A stretch of DNA of 60,754 nt, counting the filler, from Sphacelaria rigidula (taxonomy: Eukaryota): the NCBI GenBank assembly GCA_964200075.2. It is 9 parts of 9 records of this genome, joined end to end, with 100 filler letters (N's around TTAATTAATTAA, not from the genome) between each part and the next. Parts side by side here need not be neighbours in the genome. Positions count along the whole stretch, not along the records: positions 33,811 to 40,471 come from CAXNAA020018764.1; positions 40,572 to 47,232 come from CAXNAA020018765.1; positions 47,333 to 53,993 come from CAXNAA020018766.1; 6 more parts are not named here. One strand, 5' to 3'. Positions within the stretch are counted from its first letter, which is position 1; every line of letters begins with the position of its first letter. The position numbers and the translations under genes were made by a program. Of the stretch, positions 36,801 to 48,334 are shown one piece after another. The notes under the pieces are model-generated. The model did no database searches. It saw only the letters and a program-made list of their open reading frames with translations, and had not been told where the DNA came from.

Positions 36801-39800
36801 CCGGCTTTGGGTATCTTGCGTACGAACTTGAATATTGAAGTTGAAGTTGTAGGTTTTCGGTACATTGAATGCGGCCTCGGATACTCTACTAAAATTTTGA
36901 GTAAATCGATTACGGCCTGCGATACTCTACTCAAATTTCGAGTAGGCCGAGTACGGCCTCCAGTACTCTACTCAGATTCCGAGTACGTTAAGTACGGCCT
37001 CAAATACCCTACTCAAATTTCTGAGTAGGTCGAGTACGGCCTCCAATACTCTACTCAGATTTTGAGCAGGTCGAGGACGACCTCAAATACTCTACTCAAA
37101 TATCGGGTCAGCACTCTCAGTGACACTTGAGTATAGAGTATCACTTGAGTACGACCTCAATACTCTACTCATAACTCTGCCTGTCTTTTTACGTTGCGGG
37201 GGAACTCCATCCTCGATTCGCCATTGCATCGATGGAGACACCGACCATCTCCGTACCCTCCTCTTCTCCAACACCCCGGATGTAAGATTTAAACACGAGA
37301 CAACACTCGTTCTATCCTTCGACTGCACTGTCCCGTGCTTGCCGTTTGTGGTGCCTTTCATGTCAGGTACCCGCAAGGATGGGCGCTGAGGGGTGTCGCG
37401 GATGACCTACATAAGGTCGGCATGGCGCCAGGCTGGGTACGGTGTTCGTTCCTCACTATGCTGAGCGAATTCGCCACCCCTTTTGAAGCGATGGTTAGGG
37501 TAGTGGATGTAGGTTTTTGCGGCTATTATGACAGTCGGCGACAAGAGGTCTTCTGGGTGTCCATTGCCGTGCGATTATGCGGGTGCAGGCGCACGTCATA
37601 GCCCGCTATCGATCGACGCCCAAGCGGAATCCGTTCTGGCGCAGTCTCTTAGAATGCACCTCGCAGTTGTTTTTGTCATGGCTACGGTTTGAGCGCTTTG
37701 TCAGGATATGTTTGAGATTCAGTCCTTACTGGCGACGGAGAAGGCAGCACATAGGGTAGACTTTTTAAGTACCTTTTTGGGCATATCGTATTCATTCATG
37801 GTGCGTACGAGGGGTGAAATAATACATGTATTTCAACGGCAAATCCCCTTTCCAACCACCACGGGCGTGATCGGACCGCGCCTCCGTGGTCCGGCACAGG
37901 ACCGGACTGGAATATTTGCCACACATGAGGGTGTGCGGCGTCGCATGCAAAACAAATTCCCCCGATTCGGCGTATATGCCAGTGAAGAACATGTTCGCAA
38001 GTATCTGTGCGCCTTACTATTGTAGGGGGGGGATGACCTTGCTCACATATGTCTCCCAGACATGAGCTGCAGCATTCGTGTACGTCTTCTTCGGAAATAA
38101 GTTGTATTGTTTGGGAGACCGCAGCACCTGGCGGCGGGCGTTGGCGACACCGGGGCCAGCAATGATGCCTCGTAACATATCCTGACATACAATTTCCTTC
38201 TCTGATCCTTCGAGGCGCTTTCATATTACAATCAAAGGCCCGGATCAAATGGGGGAACCGTAAGCACCGGCGACCGCGCAAAACATGTCCGACCTGGGCC
38301 AGGTGACGGTTATTTGCGAATGTATGCGGGCCGGGTGGTGGGTAATCCGAACCGTGGGGAGCTGAAATTTCAACATCCACTTTTGTCATCACCACACACA
38401 ACCTTCCCGGGAATGGCAAGGAAAAAAAAAAAGCAGGGAGTTAGCGGGAGAGCGATTCAAAGTTTCTGCGAAGACTGGAAAAATGTCACCACTCAGTGAA
38501 AATAAAGAAATACGGGGGAATCCCCCGTGTACTTGTGCGCCCTTGTGCCAAGATGTCCTCGTTCAATTATGCCCACAATTTCCAGAAATTGGCGTAGTAT
38601 CCAAATTTTTGTCTGGCACGGCTGCGCTTCTTTCATCCAAGGAAGGCACTTGAGTGCACTTATGGAGATCACCAGTTCGAGTCCCGACGGATTCCTTTTT
38701 CTAGTTGTTCCGCCGGCTAGGTAATACATTTACATTATGCTGTTCTTCACCACGTTGGTCATCAGGTCACGCTGATATACTCAAGTCGAGCTAATCTAGT
38801 ACATTTGATCACTTATGGTGTAACACGCAAATGCGGGATTTACTGCTGGTCCAGCTCGTGAAGCAAAGACGTGCAGTCGTGGACCTCGTGTCTGGCGAGA
38901 AAATGTCCCGCGACACACCCATGCTCAATGTTGCTCCAGATTTTCACCTGCACGACACCTCTGGTTGCACCAAATGATTCTGCGGATACCGCTACAACCG
39001 TACCACATCAAGGAGCGAGGGGCAGAGCCTTTACAGCTACGCTGTCATGTTCTCTTGCGCAACTCTCTTGAGCTGTGCCGTGTTGCCGAGGAAAGCACTC
39101 ATGCCGCAAAGACGTTCCTGTACGTGAGATGTGCAACGCAACCCCACCTCATGTATCGTACCACGATAGACCAGTGTCTTTTCCCGCATTTTGCCCGCAT
39201 GTTTGAAAGTGGATTTCTTGACATGGACTGTGTGTGAGAAAGTGAAACTTGGAGCACCAGTCGGGCACATCACAAGCAGCATGTTCCCTCGCCTCCGACG
39301 CTTGCCGTGGGGGATACATGAAGGAAGACCCTAATTCCAAAATTCGGGAAATCCGGTAAAACGCACTCTCGTCGACCGACCGCTGCCCAGAAATGCGTGC
39401 ACCGTCAGCAAACACATATGCGAAGTTACTCGTACACTTATTTTGACGTCATCTGCACGTGGGGCGCCGCTGCGCTGAGAAACGAATGTTGATCTGAAGT
39501 GGAACACCCGCTGGATGATGATCAATGCGAAAAGCCGTTGCGTATTGTGTGTAGAGGTCCTGAATTCGGGAAACACGGTAGCACGCGGGCTGTGGGTGCC
39601 ACGAGTCGCTGAAACTTCGCCCACACGTCATCATAACCACAGCAAACTACCTTATGACGCCGAACCTGTCGTGGGGCCATGCAGTAGCGTGTACCAGCGA
39701 CACGAAAGGTCAGATTCTGTTCCGAGAAAATTGTTTTTTGTTTTCTATCCGCCCAACACTGTATATTCGTGAGATTCAGAACGTGGTTTCAGATTCAGAG

Positions 39801-39829
39801 TCAGACCCGAAACAACTGACTTTCCCGTC
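33811..39829. mobile_element. About 6-kb TIR DNA transposon with decayed interior (possible CMC/EnSpm Tnp2-like remnants on the - strand)
   Basis: About 70-bp inverted repeats at 33811-33883 and 39755-39829. Weak remnant motifs FTGIYA...CG...KGDLPLKYMYYF (about 37990-37810) and FNDTSDLVFGIS...WP (about 36550-36450). Confidence 0.6.
36865..37170. repeat. Array of about 33-37-bp subrepeats, likely a nested MITE
   Basis: Repeated GAGTACGGCCTC.AATACTCTACTCARATTT units. Confidence 0.75.
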
Positions 39830-40634
39830 GATTTTGACATCGCCACAATTCGAGGAGTAATGCGCCCAGCTGGTGAAGCGGTGGCTTCAATGGAAGCTGT
39901 CACCTACACGATCAATTTGGCACATCACTTGATCGCAACGACGTAGTAGTCAGTCCATTGCAACAAAAGATCTCCTCTTTCAGGAAAAACCGATTAGTGC
40001 CTGAAACAGTTTCAGTTCCGAAATGCCCCCCGGGCGTAAAAATGCTATGTGCGGTATCTCACCAACCAGACCGCCGAATTCCTCGAATGGGGTACTGGAC
40101 GGTAGCTGCATGCACAGAACGTGTGCTCAAAAAAAAAATAGTTGCCTGTTGGGCCGTTTCTTCCGGTTCGTATTTTGTTTGGCTCGTATTTCCTCCTTTT
40201 AGGACATTTGACGAGGTTTTTGACCCCCCAAACAGGAAAAAGATAGCCACCACACGTCTTGGACACTTTGTATCACCCCACCGAGAGGAGCCTAGACCAC
40301 TTTTCCGATTCGCCTGGGTCAGAGATTTCGAGAGCCTTCTCTAAACAAAAATGACACTTTCTACGATAGCCCCCCCCCAAAAGTGCATGGTTCTGGGACG
40401 CAAAATCTTCACGTACATCGAAATGGGAAGAGCCGAGCACAACGAGAAGCTGGGAATTCCAACGCTTGGGTNNNNNNNNNNNNNNNNNNNNNNNNNNNNN
40501 NNNNNNNNNNNNNNNTTAATTAATTAANNNNNNNNNNNNNNNNNNNNNNNNNNNNNNNNNNNNNNNNNNNNCCGGGCGGGCGCGCCCACATGTACCGAAA
40601 TGTGTAGACCGGCGTACAGAATAGAAGGGATGAC

Positions 40635-40677
<43 letters not shown>

Positions 40678-40682
40678 ACACA

Positions 40683-40927
40683 GAGTACACGCCTTGCCTT
40701 TGGTCTCGCGGATTGGATCATGACTATCACCACTTCCCCACCGCGTGAACTCTCGTCCAACACACTCAGCCAACTGCGGTACTCGTTGTTTTTTTCTAAC
40801 GTACTCACGCTTTAGTGGTGAAAAATTAGATACTTGGAAGAAAAAACCCGACGCGTCGGGAGTCGAACCCACGTTCTCTGCACCCTAATGGTGACAGTCG
40901 GACCATTTTAATTTACACCACCGGGGC
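40683..40927 (-). mobile_element. tRNA-derived SINE family 2 copy, 3'-truncated and abutting a SINE1 (CA)n tail
   Basis: Head GCCCCGGTGGTGTAAA...GGTTCGACTCC on the - strand; the body matches the 42.3-42.6 kb copy. Confidence 0.7.
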
Positions 40928-41540
40928 CCGGCGGCAAGTACGGATCTTGAACCTGCATGCGTGTGTGTGTGCCATTCTCCATACCGTTGCAACACTGTGC
41001 GCCAGGGTGGGAGTTGTACCGGCCATGGGGATCGCAATTGGATACGTCACACCTATCCGTGTTATTCCCGAACTTATCACGTAGTAAAAGTCAACTACGC
41101 AGTAGATCCAAAGATGTCCGAGAGTGAAATCGACAACGACGGAGAACATAATCAAATGATGAATAGCGAGTCAGCCCACCAACGATTATCAAATACTTTG
41201 ATCGCTCTAGGGGGGCACAAACTATTTGTTTCCCAATCGTCAAGACCTATAAGATATACACGAGTCATGCCACTGCAGGGTTGCACAATATATTTATCAG
41301 GCGCCCTTTACATCGCCCAAAAAACGACCTATGAAATGTGGAAGGGCACGTTATGATTAGATTTCCAACGGGTCAGGGATATCTCCAATGAATCGTAGGA
41401 CGGAAATATTTTGAACTATATTCTTGTGAAGTTCTCAATTTTCGGAGCCCCTCAATGGGAAAGATCTGAGTCCATATCTGCGACCCCTACCGTGAGATGA
41501 CTCATGTCGAAATATCATCGCACAGACGAGTGGAATCAAG

Positions 41541-41597
41541 GGGGGGGGGGGGGCGTACTCATTTGTTGCTTGCCTTAGTCGTTTGACCATTGACCAC
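41541..41597 (-). mobile_element. Minimal 3' fragment of the poly(C)-tailed LINE with TSD
   Basis: Encodes VVNGQTTKASNK*; GGAATCAA plus a G-run flanks it on both sides. Confidence 0.85.
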
Positions 41598-42275
41598 GGA
41601 ATCAAGGGGGGGGGGGGGGCGGGGGGGCCAAGNNNNNNNNNNGGGGGTGGTGGATCCGGAGGGGGGGGGTGGAGGGGGGGGGGGGGGGGGGGGGGGGGCC
41701 AAGCAAACCAAATAGACCATTTGATAGAATATGAGCATTTTTCGGCTGATAAGATTGCAGAATTCGCCGTTTTTCTTGCCCAACGTTGACACCCACACAT
41801 CAGAAAAGGGCTCGAAATGAATGCATGAAAATGGAGAACAAGCGCAAACATCTCATTGAAAAACAGGCATTGAAAAAAAAAAAATGAATGAAAGAACCAT
41901 AGCTCGAACGAAATCATGTGTTCCGCAAAGAAGTAGTTTTTCGGAGTGGNNNNNNNNNNAAATACATGAAAAAGAAGAACAAGCGCAAACATCTAATTAA
42001 AAAAAAGAAAATAAAAAAAAAAAATGAATGAAAGAACCATAGCTCGAACGAAATCATGTGTTCCTCATTGAATTTTTTTTTCGTGAGAGTGAGAGTAGAG
42101 GATACGACTGAGAGTGCAAAACAGCCAATTAGTGAATTCATCGTTTTTGTTCCGAAATGACCCTCCGCGAGGCCCAATATCCTTTTTGTAGTAGGTTGCC
42201 ACTGAGGCCCTTGATATCCCTGAGTAGTATATATCAACGTGTAGCTGTAAGCACACGCCAGTGATGTATATAGTC

Positions 42276-42590
42276 ATTCTTTTTATTTTTGCATTCGTCG
42301 CACTTTGAACCCCTCCCCTTTCTCGGGACGAGTCCGCGGTCTCAAGGGATCAACCCATCCCTCCCCGGTACGGTACACGCCTTGTATTTTGGTCTCGCAG
42401 ATAGGGACAGCACTCCCGCAACGCGTCAACTCACGTCAAACAAACTCAGTCGACTACTTCGTTTACTCACGTTATCACGCTTTCCACGGTGAAACTCATA
42501 CATTACGAAGAAAAAACCCAACGCATGGGGAATCGAACCGTTGTTCTCTCCACCCTGATGGCGACAGTCGAACCATTACACCACCGGGGC
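42276..42590 (-). mobile_element. tRNA-derived SINE family 2, full-length, inserted in a MITE
   Basis: A box TGGTGTAATGG, B box GGTTCGATTCC and an A-rich tail. Partial copies at about 56625-56842 and 43600-43685. Confidence 0.8.
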
Positions 42591-44477
42591 GCAGGGATAC
42601 ATGGGCAACGAAAAGCACACACGGAATGAAAAGTTCGCTAAGTTACAGCGAATAATCGAAGCCACTATCAATCAGCGCTCTACCCTCAATCTCATGAGAA
42701 CGTTGGTTTTAGCGACCACCGTATTTTATAGGTAGAGGTCTCGTTTACAGTTTTTTTGTTTTGTCAGTTTATCTGTTTTTTCGTTTTTCTCCCGATTCCT
42801 CCCAATCAAGTGTTGGAAAAAAATCCTACGGTAGGTTTTCAAAGAAATTTGCGGTCAGCCATAAAAAACGATCGATTGTCTGACCTCGTAAAGAACTCTG
42901 CTCTCACATATTTCGGAGATTTTTCTCCCTAAAAAATCCGGATACTTTCGTGGGGAAAAAATAGGCCCGTCAACACTACCCCTTAAGCATATTGCGAGGA
43001 TGGAATTTTCTACTGCGAATACATCGTAGTTTCTATTCTTCGATACACGTTCACACCATAATGCTACGTCCCGCGGTTGACCGTGACATACGGGGTATAC
43101 CGCCCTCTTTGAGTGATGACTTTCTGGAACCCAGAACTTGTTACTCGGGGGTTACGCATAGGGGAAGAAGGGTCATATACTATGTATCCCAGTATGGTGC
43201 TGTAGGTACTGGTATGTTCACATAAATACAGATACACACACACACACGATCAATTTTTCTCGTCATATATATATATATAATGTCTATACTCTGTTTTATT
43301 GTTGTGATGAAGCTCAGTGGCGTTGCAAGATATCACGATGTGCGGGTCTGCTCGTAGACCCTGGGTTCCGTGATGCGTTGTTCCCGCGTTTGTTTTTGTC
43401 ATTCTTTTTGTGGGTTGAGCACGGCTAGACGCCGCTGGCCCCACGTTGTCACTAGCTGGCTTCGCCGTGGTCGTTTTATTTCCTTCACTTTTCTTCAGCA
43501 AGTGTGTTCCCATTTGTTTTTTTAACCTCGGCGACGTACGCCTATCATGTGGATGATGGGATCAGTTCATGTACGAAAATCAACGAATCAATGGATCAAA
43601 TCAATTAATTTCTACCCTTCGTCTTCTTTGAGACGAATCCGCAGCGTCAAGGGATCGATCCATATTCTCCCCCGGTAGGTACAGTTAGGGGCGTGTCTTC
43701 GCACGTTATATTTCCATCGAAAATGTGCGGAGGAAAATGAAAGCTATGATCTGATAGGTCGTAATTTCAACTATAGTAATTTATGCTCACGACGATGGTT
43801 GAAAACACGGTCTATCAGGTCGGAAAATCTCGTGTTCCACCGCATTTTTTCGATCGAAAGATGATGGGCGAAGACATGCACTACAACAGTACATACGCCT
43901 GACAATTTGGTACAGTCGATACCGCGGATTGGGTCAGCACTCCTGCATCGCACTGACTTTCGTCGAGATGCTGTTTTTTACTCATATCCTACATCCTAAT
44001 GCTTTCAGCGACGGGAAGAGCAATGCTACGGTAGCGCTGCACTTCTTGCGCAAAATGTTGTCTGGTTCAGGGGCTCCTCACGATTTCTACATGCACAAGA
44101 ACATGGGTCGGGACATCTCCGTTTGAAAATCCATTCGGAATATTCCTAGCACATTGGAATAGTTATCCTGCCGTACGTTCACATGCATCATAAGTCGTGT
44201 TTTGGATTAGATGAAAAGAGTCCTAACAATTCTAACCTCATTGAATCTTTGTTCACCCCTACCGTAGCATCACTCAGAACCAGGTATTCCCTGAAAAGAT
44301 GGCAAAAATGTCCATTCACGGTGCCAGAAAATACCGAAAAACGAACGCCCATGAACGTTGCCAGGGGGTGGTATATAACGTATGTCAGGACATGGCGAGA
44401 AACGATCACACCGGAATGTTTTCAGGAGGTGGTATACAACATACGCCAGAAAAGCCGAAAAAACCCGGGGGCTACAC

Positions 44478-44882
44478 GTTACACGTGACACTTCAACGTG
44501 ACACATCCGAAAAAACGTGAGTTCGGGTCATTTAACGCTACGTAAGGTTTGATTTTTTTGGATGGGACAAATGTAACGTAACGTGATGTAACGTGTGGTC
44601 CTTCGAATGAACCCTAACGTAGTGTTTTACTTTCCAAATGTGACGAAAACTACGCTTGTTTTCGTGAATTTGTAACGTGTCACGTGTCACGTTAAAAATT
44701 CACAGAAATAGACTTTTTTTTACATCTGGAAAATCCCAAGAGACGCTACTTCAAGGTCCACACGTTCCATCACGTTACGGTACATTTATCCCGTCCAAAA
44801 AATCGGGCCTTTCGTAACGTTAAATGGTCCAAAGTTACGCTTTATCCGTTTTTTCGCAAATGTGTCACGTGTGTCACGTGTA
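44478..44882. mobile_element. Fold-back element with long (about 130-bp) imperfect arms rich in ACGT
   Basis: ACACGTGACAC...TTTTTTGGATGGGACAAATGTAACGTAACGTGATG is inverted against CATCACGTTACGGTACATTTATCCCGTCCAAAAAA...GTGTCACGTGT. Confidence 0.75.
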
Positions 44883-45057
44883 CATCCTTGGATTAAACGA
44901 CCACCAGGGAATGTTGCCTGGAGGTGGTGTACAACGTATTGGTGGTTTAAACACCGTATTCTACGATATCATGCGATCAGGAGGAAAATAGAGCTTCTGC
45001 ATTTATTTTATTTCCGGCTTTAATGAATCTCGCCGGCAATTAAATTCGCACACTACT

Positions 45058-45117
45058 TCAACAGCAACAGCAGCAACAGTGGCAACAGTGGCAACAGCAG
45101 CAACAGCAGCAACAGCC

Positions 45118-45210
<93 letters not shown>
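45058..45210. repeat. (CAA)n/(CAG) microsatellite
   Basis: Visible directly in the sequence. Confidence 0.95.
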
Positions 45211-45720
45211 GGACTAGCAAGCAACGTGCTGAATGCCACAGGGCAACCCTGCTCTCACACACGGGCTGGAAAGTCTTCGATTCTCCCAAAAACTCGCATA
45301 ACCACGCACAGCCGACTCGCTGTTGCTGTAGCTCTGCGTTGGCTGCTAGTACACTACACACATGACTCCACTACTTCCAAGGCACCACTGCCGACGTGGG
45401 TGACCCGTGATTCATAATCTAGTACAAATGCACCCGATTAGAGTCACCCATCGCAAAAAAACAAATCGACTCAACGGTCGGTGAGGGAAAGATACTGCTG
45501 AACCCCTCTCGCGATAAAAAATAGAGGCAAGCACCGCAGAAGGAAGGTGGAGGACTAAAAACAAAAACAAAAAAACTCTTGTGTTGACTTTCCTCCTGTG
45601 TGACCCGGGCTGGTGGGCCCACACATACCGAAAGGTGTAGACCGGCGTCCAGAATAGATGGGACGACAACACACACACACACAACACACCCATCGCACCG
45701 AAAGAAAAGAAAGAAAACCT

Positions 45721-46129
45721 CACACGCGGCCATTCGGCCACCCCTATAAACATCCTCTATCTCGATTTTCATCCTCTCGAGGGTAAAGTGATCATCCGGT
45801 CCGGAGGAAAAAAATAGCCTCTAGAGGGTATGTCATACTCAGTTCCGGTCATAAAACGAATCCTCTGGAGGGCATCTGATGCTCCAGTGACTTCTGAGGT
45901 CTGAATCCCTCGAGAGTAACAAAAATGATGGTTCTCTAGAGGGCTGCACATCCTCCGAGTTCCTCCAGAGGCTGCGTGGCCCCTTCAGAGGCAAAACAAG
46001 CCTCTGGGGACGTTCAATCCCACCCCCTCTGGAGGGCCGCGCACCCTTTAGCGGAGTTTAGTTCCCCTGGAGGCTCGAAAAGTTGACCAGAACAGAAAAT
46101 ATCCGGGGGTAGACGAATGGCCGCGTGTG
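45721..46129. mobile_element. Non-autonomous CMC/EnSpm-like element, copy 1
   Basis: TIR CACACGCGGCCATTCG, 2-bp TSD CT/CT and subterminal CCTCTGGAGG repeats. Confidence 0.8.
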
Positions 46130-46730
46130 CTTGCACATATATATATATATATATTTGCATAACAAGGGGGCAAAGCTGGAAAGTTATAGGCCATACGCTG
46201 AATCACGGGTTTGACCGCAATACATACTGACCGCCATGGACCAGCGGAAAGGGTGGCACAGCCAGATGTTTCTCTGAGACCATGGCGATGACGCTGAGGG
46301 CGAAAATGCACTTCAACCAATTAGCGGCCTCCACATTCTTCTGAAACTAAACATACGAACTCCCAACCAAATTTCTACCAACCTTCACATGCCTTGACCT
46401 CCACTAACTCGAGAACCTTACCGAAAAAAACCCAACAGATTTGAAAACGCTTACTGTGGGATTGAATCATGACCAAAAACATCGTATTTCGATGATGTGG
46501 AGTTGTGGCGTCGTCGGATTTTCTTTCGACAATATACGCCAAAGACCCAGAAAGCCACCTGATGGTTTCGCTTATATCTGCCGTAGAGAAGTCCCCGTCG
46601 CCCTCTGATTCGGCAGGTCAGTAGGCATTGGTGCTTCAAACGGAAAGAAACATTTTGTTACAAAACATGCCGAGTTTCTACGCTCTTGTACGGTTTCCGG
46701 GGGTCCCGGCGTGAAGATCTCCGGAAGCCG

Positions 46731-47062
46731 CACACGCGGCCATTTGGCTACCCCCCAAAATGCCTCCAGAGGGATGTGCGGCCCTCCAGGGGGAATACAA
46801 GCCTCCGGAGGCCTTCAATCCCTCTGGAGGAAACCAAACTCTACCGACCCGGAGGGTCGGTCCCCCCCGGAGGAAGTTGGGGGTATGCGCGGCCCTCCAG
46901 AGGCAAAAATGAGCCTCCAGAGGCGTTTAATCCCTCTGGAGGAAACCATAAAATCCTCCTCTGGAAGGCCGCGCACCCCTCCGGAGGCGTTTAGTCCCTC
47001 TGGAGGCTCGAAAGATTTACTGCCCTGGAGGAATTTTGGAGGTAGCCAAATGGCCGCGTGTG
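46731..47062. mobile_element. Non-autonomous CMC/EnSpm-like element, copy 2
   Basis: TIR CACACGCGGCCATTTGGCTACC, 2-bp TSD CG/CG and CCTCTGGAGG/CCTCCAGAGG repeats. Confidence 0.85.
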
Positions 47063-47885
47063 CGGTATACAATGTCTCCATAACAAAGAGTAAAGTTATC
47101 CGTTCTGGGGTAGCCCAAGGAAGATTTGTACGAACATTCACTGCATAAGTCGAAACCCTGATGCATTTTTTCTCCTTTTAACGTCATCAAGAGAAAGAAA
47201 AAAAAAAAAAAAAAAAAAAAAACAAAAAAAAANNNNNNNNNNNNNNNNNNNNNNNNNNNNNNNNNNNNNNNNNNNNTTAATTAATTAANNNNNNNNNNNN
47301 NNNNNNNNNNNNNNNNNNNNNNNNNNNNNNNNCGGACTTCGTTAAGGGCTCGTACAAACATAACGATACAGACTTATGGGACAGAGGAAGTATATATTAT
47401 GATTTGATTCGATTGATTGATTGATTGTTGGACTTTAACTGATCCCCCTATGATCCAGCCATGGTCACATGATAGACGTCCCCAAGACAAGACAGAACTG
47501 AAACACTCGCTCGAGAAAAAGAACAAACAGAAAAAGAACAAACAGAAAGAGTACAACAAAATATAGTAGACTAAGACGTGAAAATAGAAAAGAAATAAAT
47601 ATGAAGAAAGGAAAAGCAAAGAAAGAAATGGTCGGTCTCGGCCACATTGCTTCGGCATTCAAGGTCTTGCGCAGAACAATACGAACCAAAACGCGGCAAA
47701 AAAACGCGCATCAACTCATGACCAAGCTCTGAGCTGATTCACATTTGCAGCAGGTCTCGACGAAAACAGCGTTCAGTGCTACATGCGGGGTACTGCGAAC
47801 CACTGCCCTCGATGCCCCACGCCTCGTGTACGACATAATGAGTGGCTGTAGTGGTTGCCATTTCCATGCGACTTTGCCCACTCAC

Positions 47886-48042
47886 CGTCCTGGTGTACAG
47901 GCATACGAGACAGATACTCCAACGGATTGGGGCTGCCGAGCGCTGCCGTCAAATCTTTACACACGCTGAGACACTGCCACGGCTTGTCCGCCTCCATCCA
48001 CCATCGGTTCCCATCCAGCGGCTTCTCGGCGCTGTCTCGGAT
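47886..48042 (-). CDS. RPOT: RpoT exon ending in catalytic motif A
   Basis: cag acceptor and gtgag donor. Encodes IRDSAEKPLDGNRWWMEADKPWQCL...SRMPVHQDG. The gene continues beyond the contig. Confidence 0.95.
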
Positions 48043-48253
48043 CTGCGCATAGTGATACAGCCCGGTCGACCCCGTGAACCAACAGACAAGGTCGCAAAGT
48101 CGCCCTTCCAGCTAAACAGGAATAGTATTTACACGAGTGGTCCATCAAGGTGAGATATGGGAGTTGAGCAAGCTGTGCCTACAGAAAAACGAAAATTGAA
48201 TGATGAAAAAGCAGTCGATTGTCACGAATGAAAGAGAACTTGAGTGAGCGCAC

Positions 48254-48334
48254 CTCTTCCAAGTGATCCTCGACGAAAGCGACACGGTCGTCGAAGCTGA
48301 TTTTGTCTTGTCCGTACAGGTTCGCAAGGTGCAC
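48254..48334 (-). CDS. RPOT: RpoT exon
   Basis: cag acceptor and gtgcg donor. Encodes VHLANLYGQDKISFDDRVAFVEDHLEE. Confidence 0.93.

Noticed and set aside
45003..45417. Poly-V/L/T ORFs (also poly-T at 5840-6256 and poly-P/G at 41435-41992)
   Set aside because: These are translations of microsatellites and G-runs.
47395..47660. Possible LINE 3' UTR with an (ATCA)n tail, similar to about 32995-33240
   Set aside because: The shared sequence is short and low-complexity, which is insufficient to classify it.
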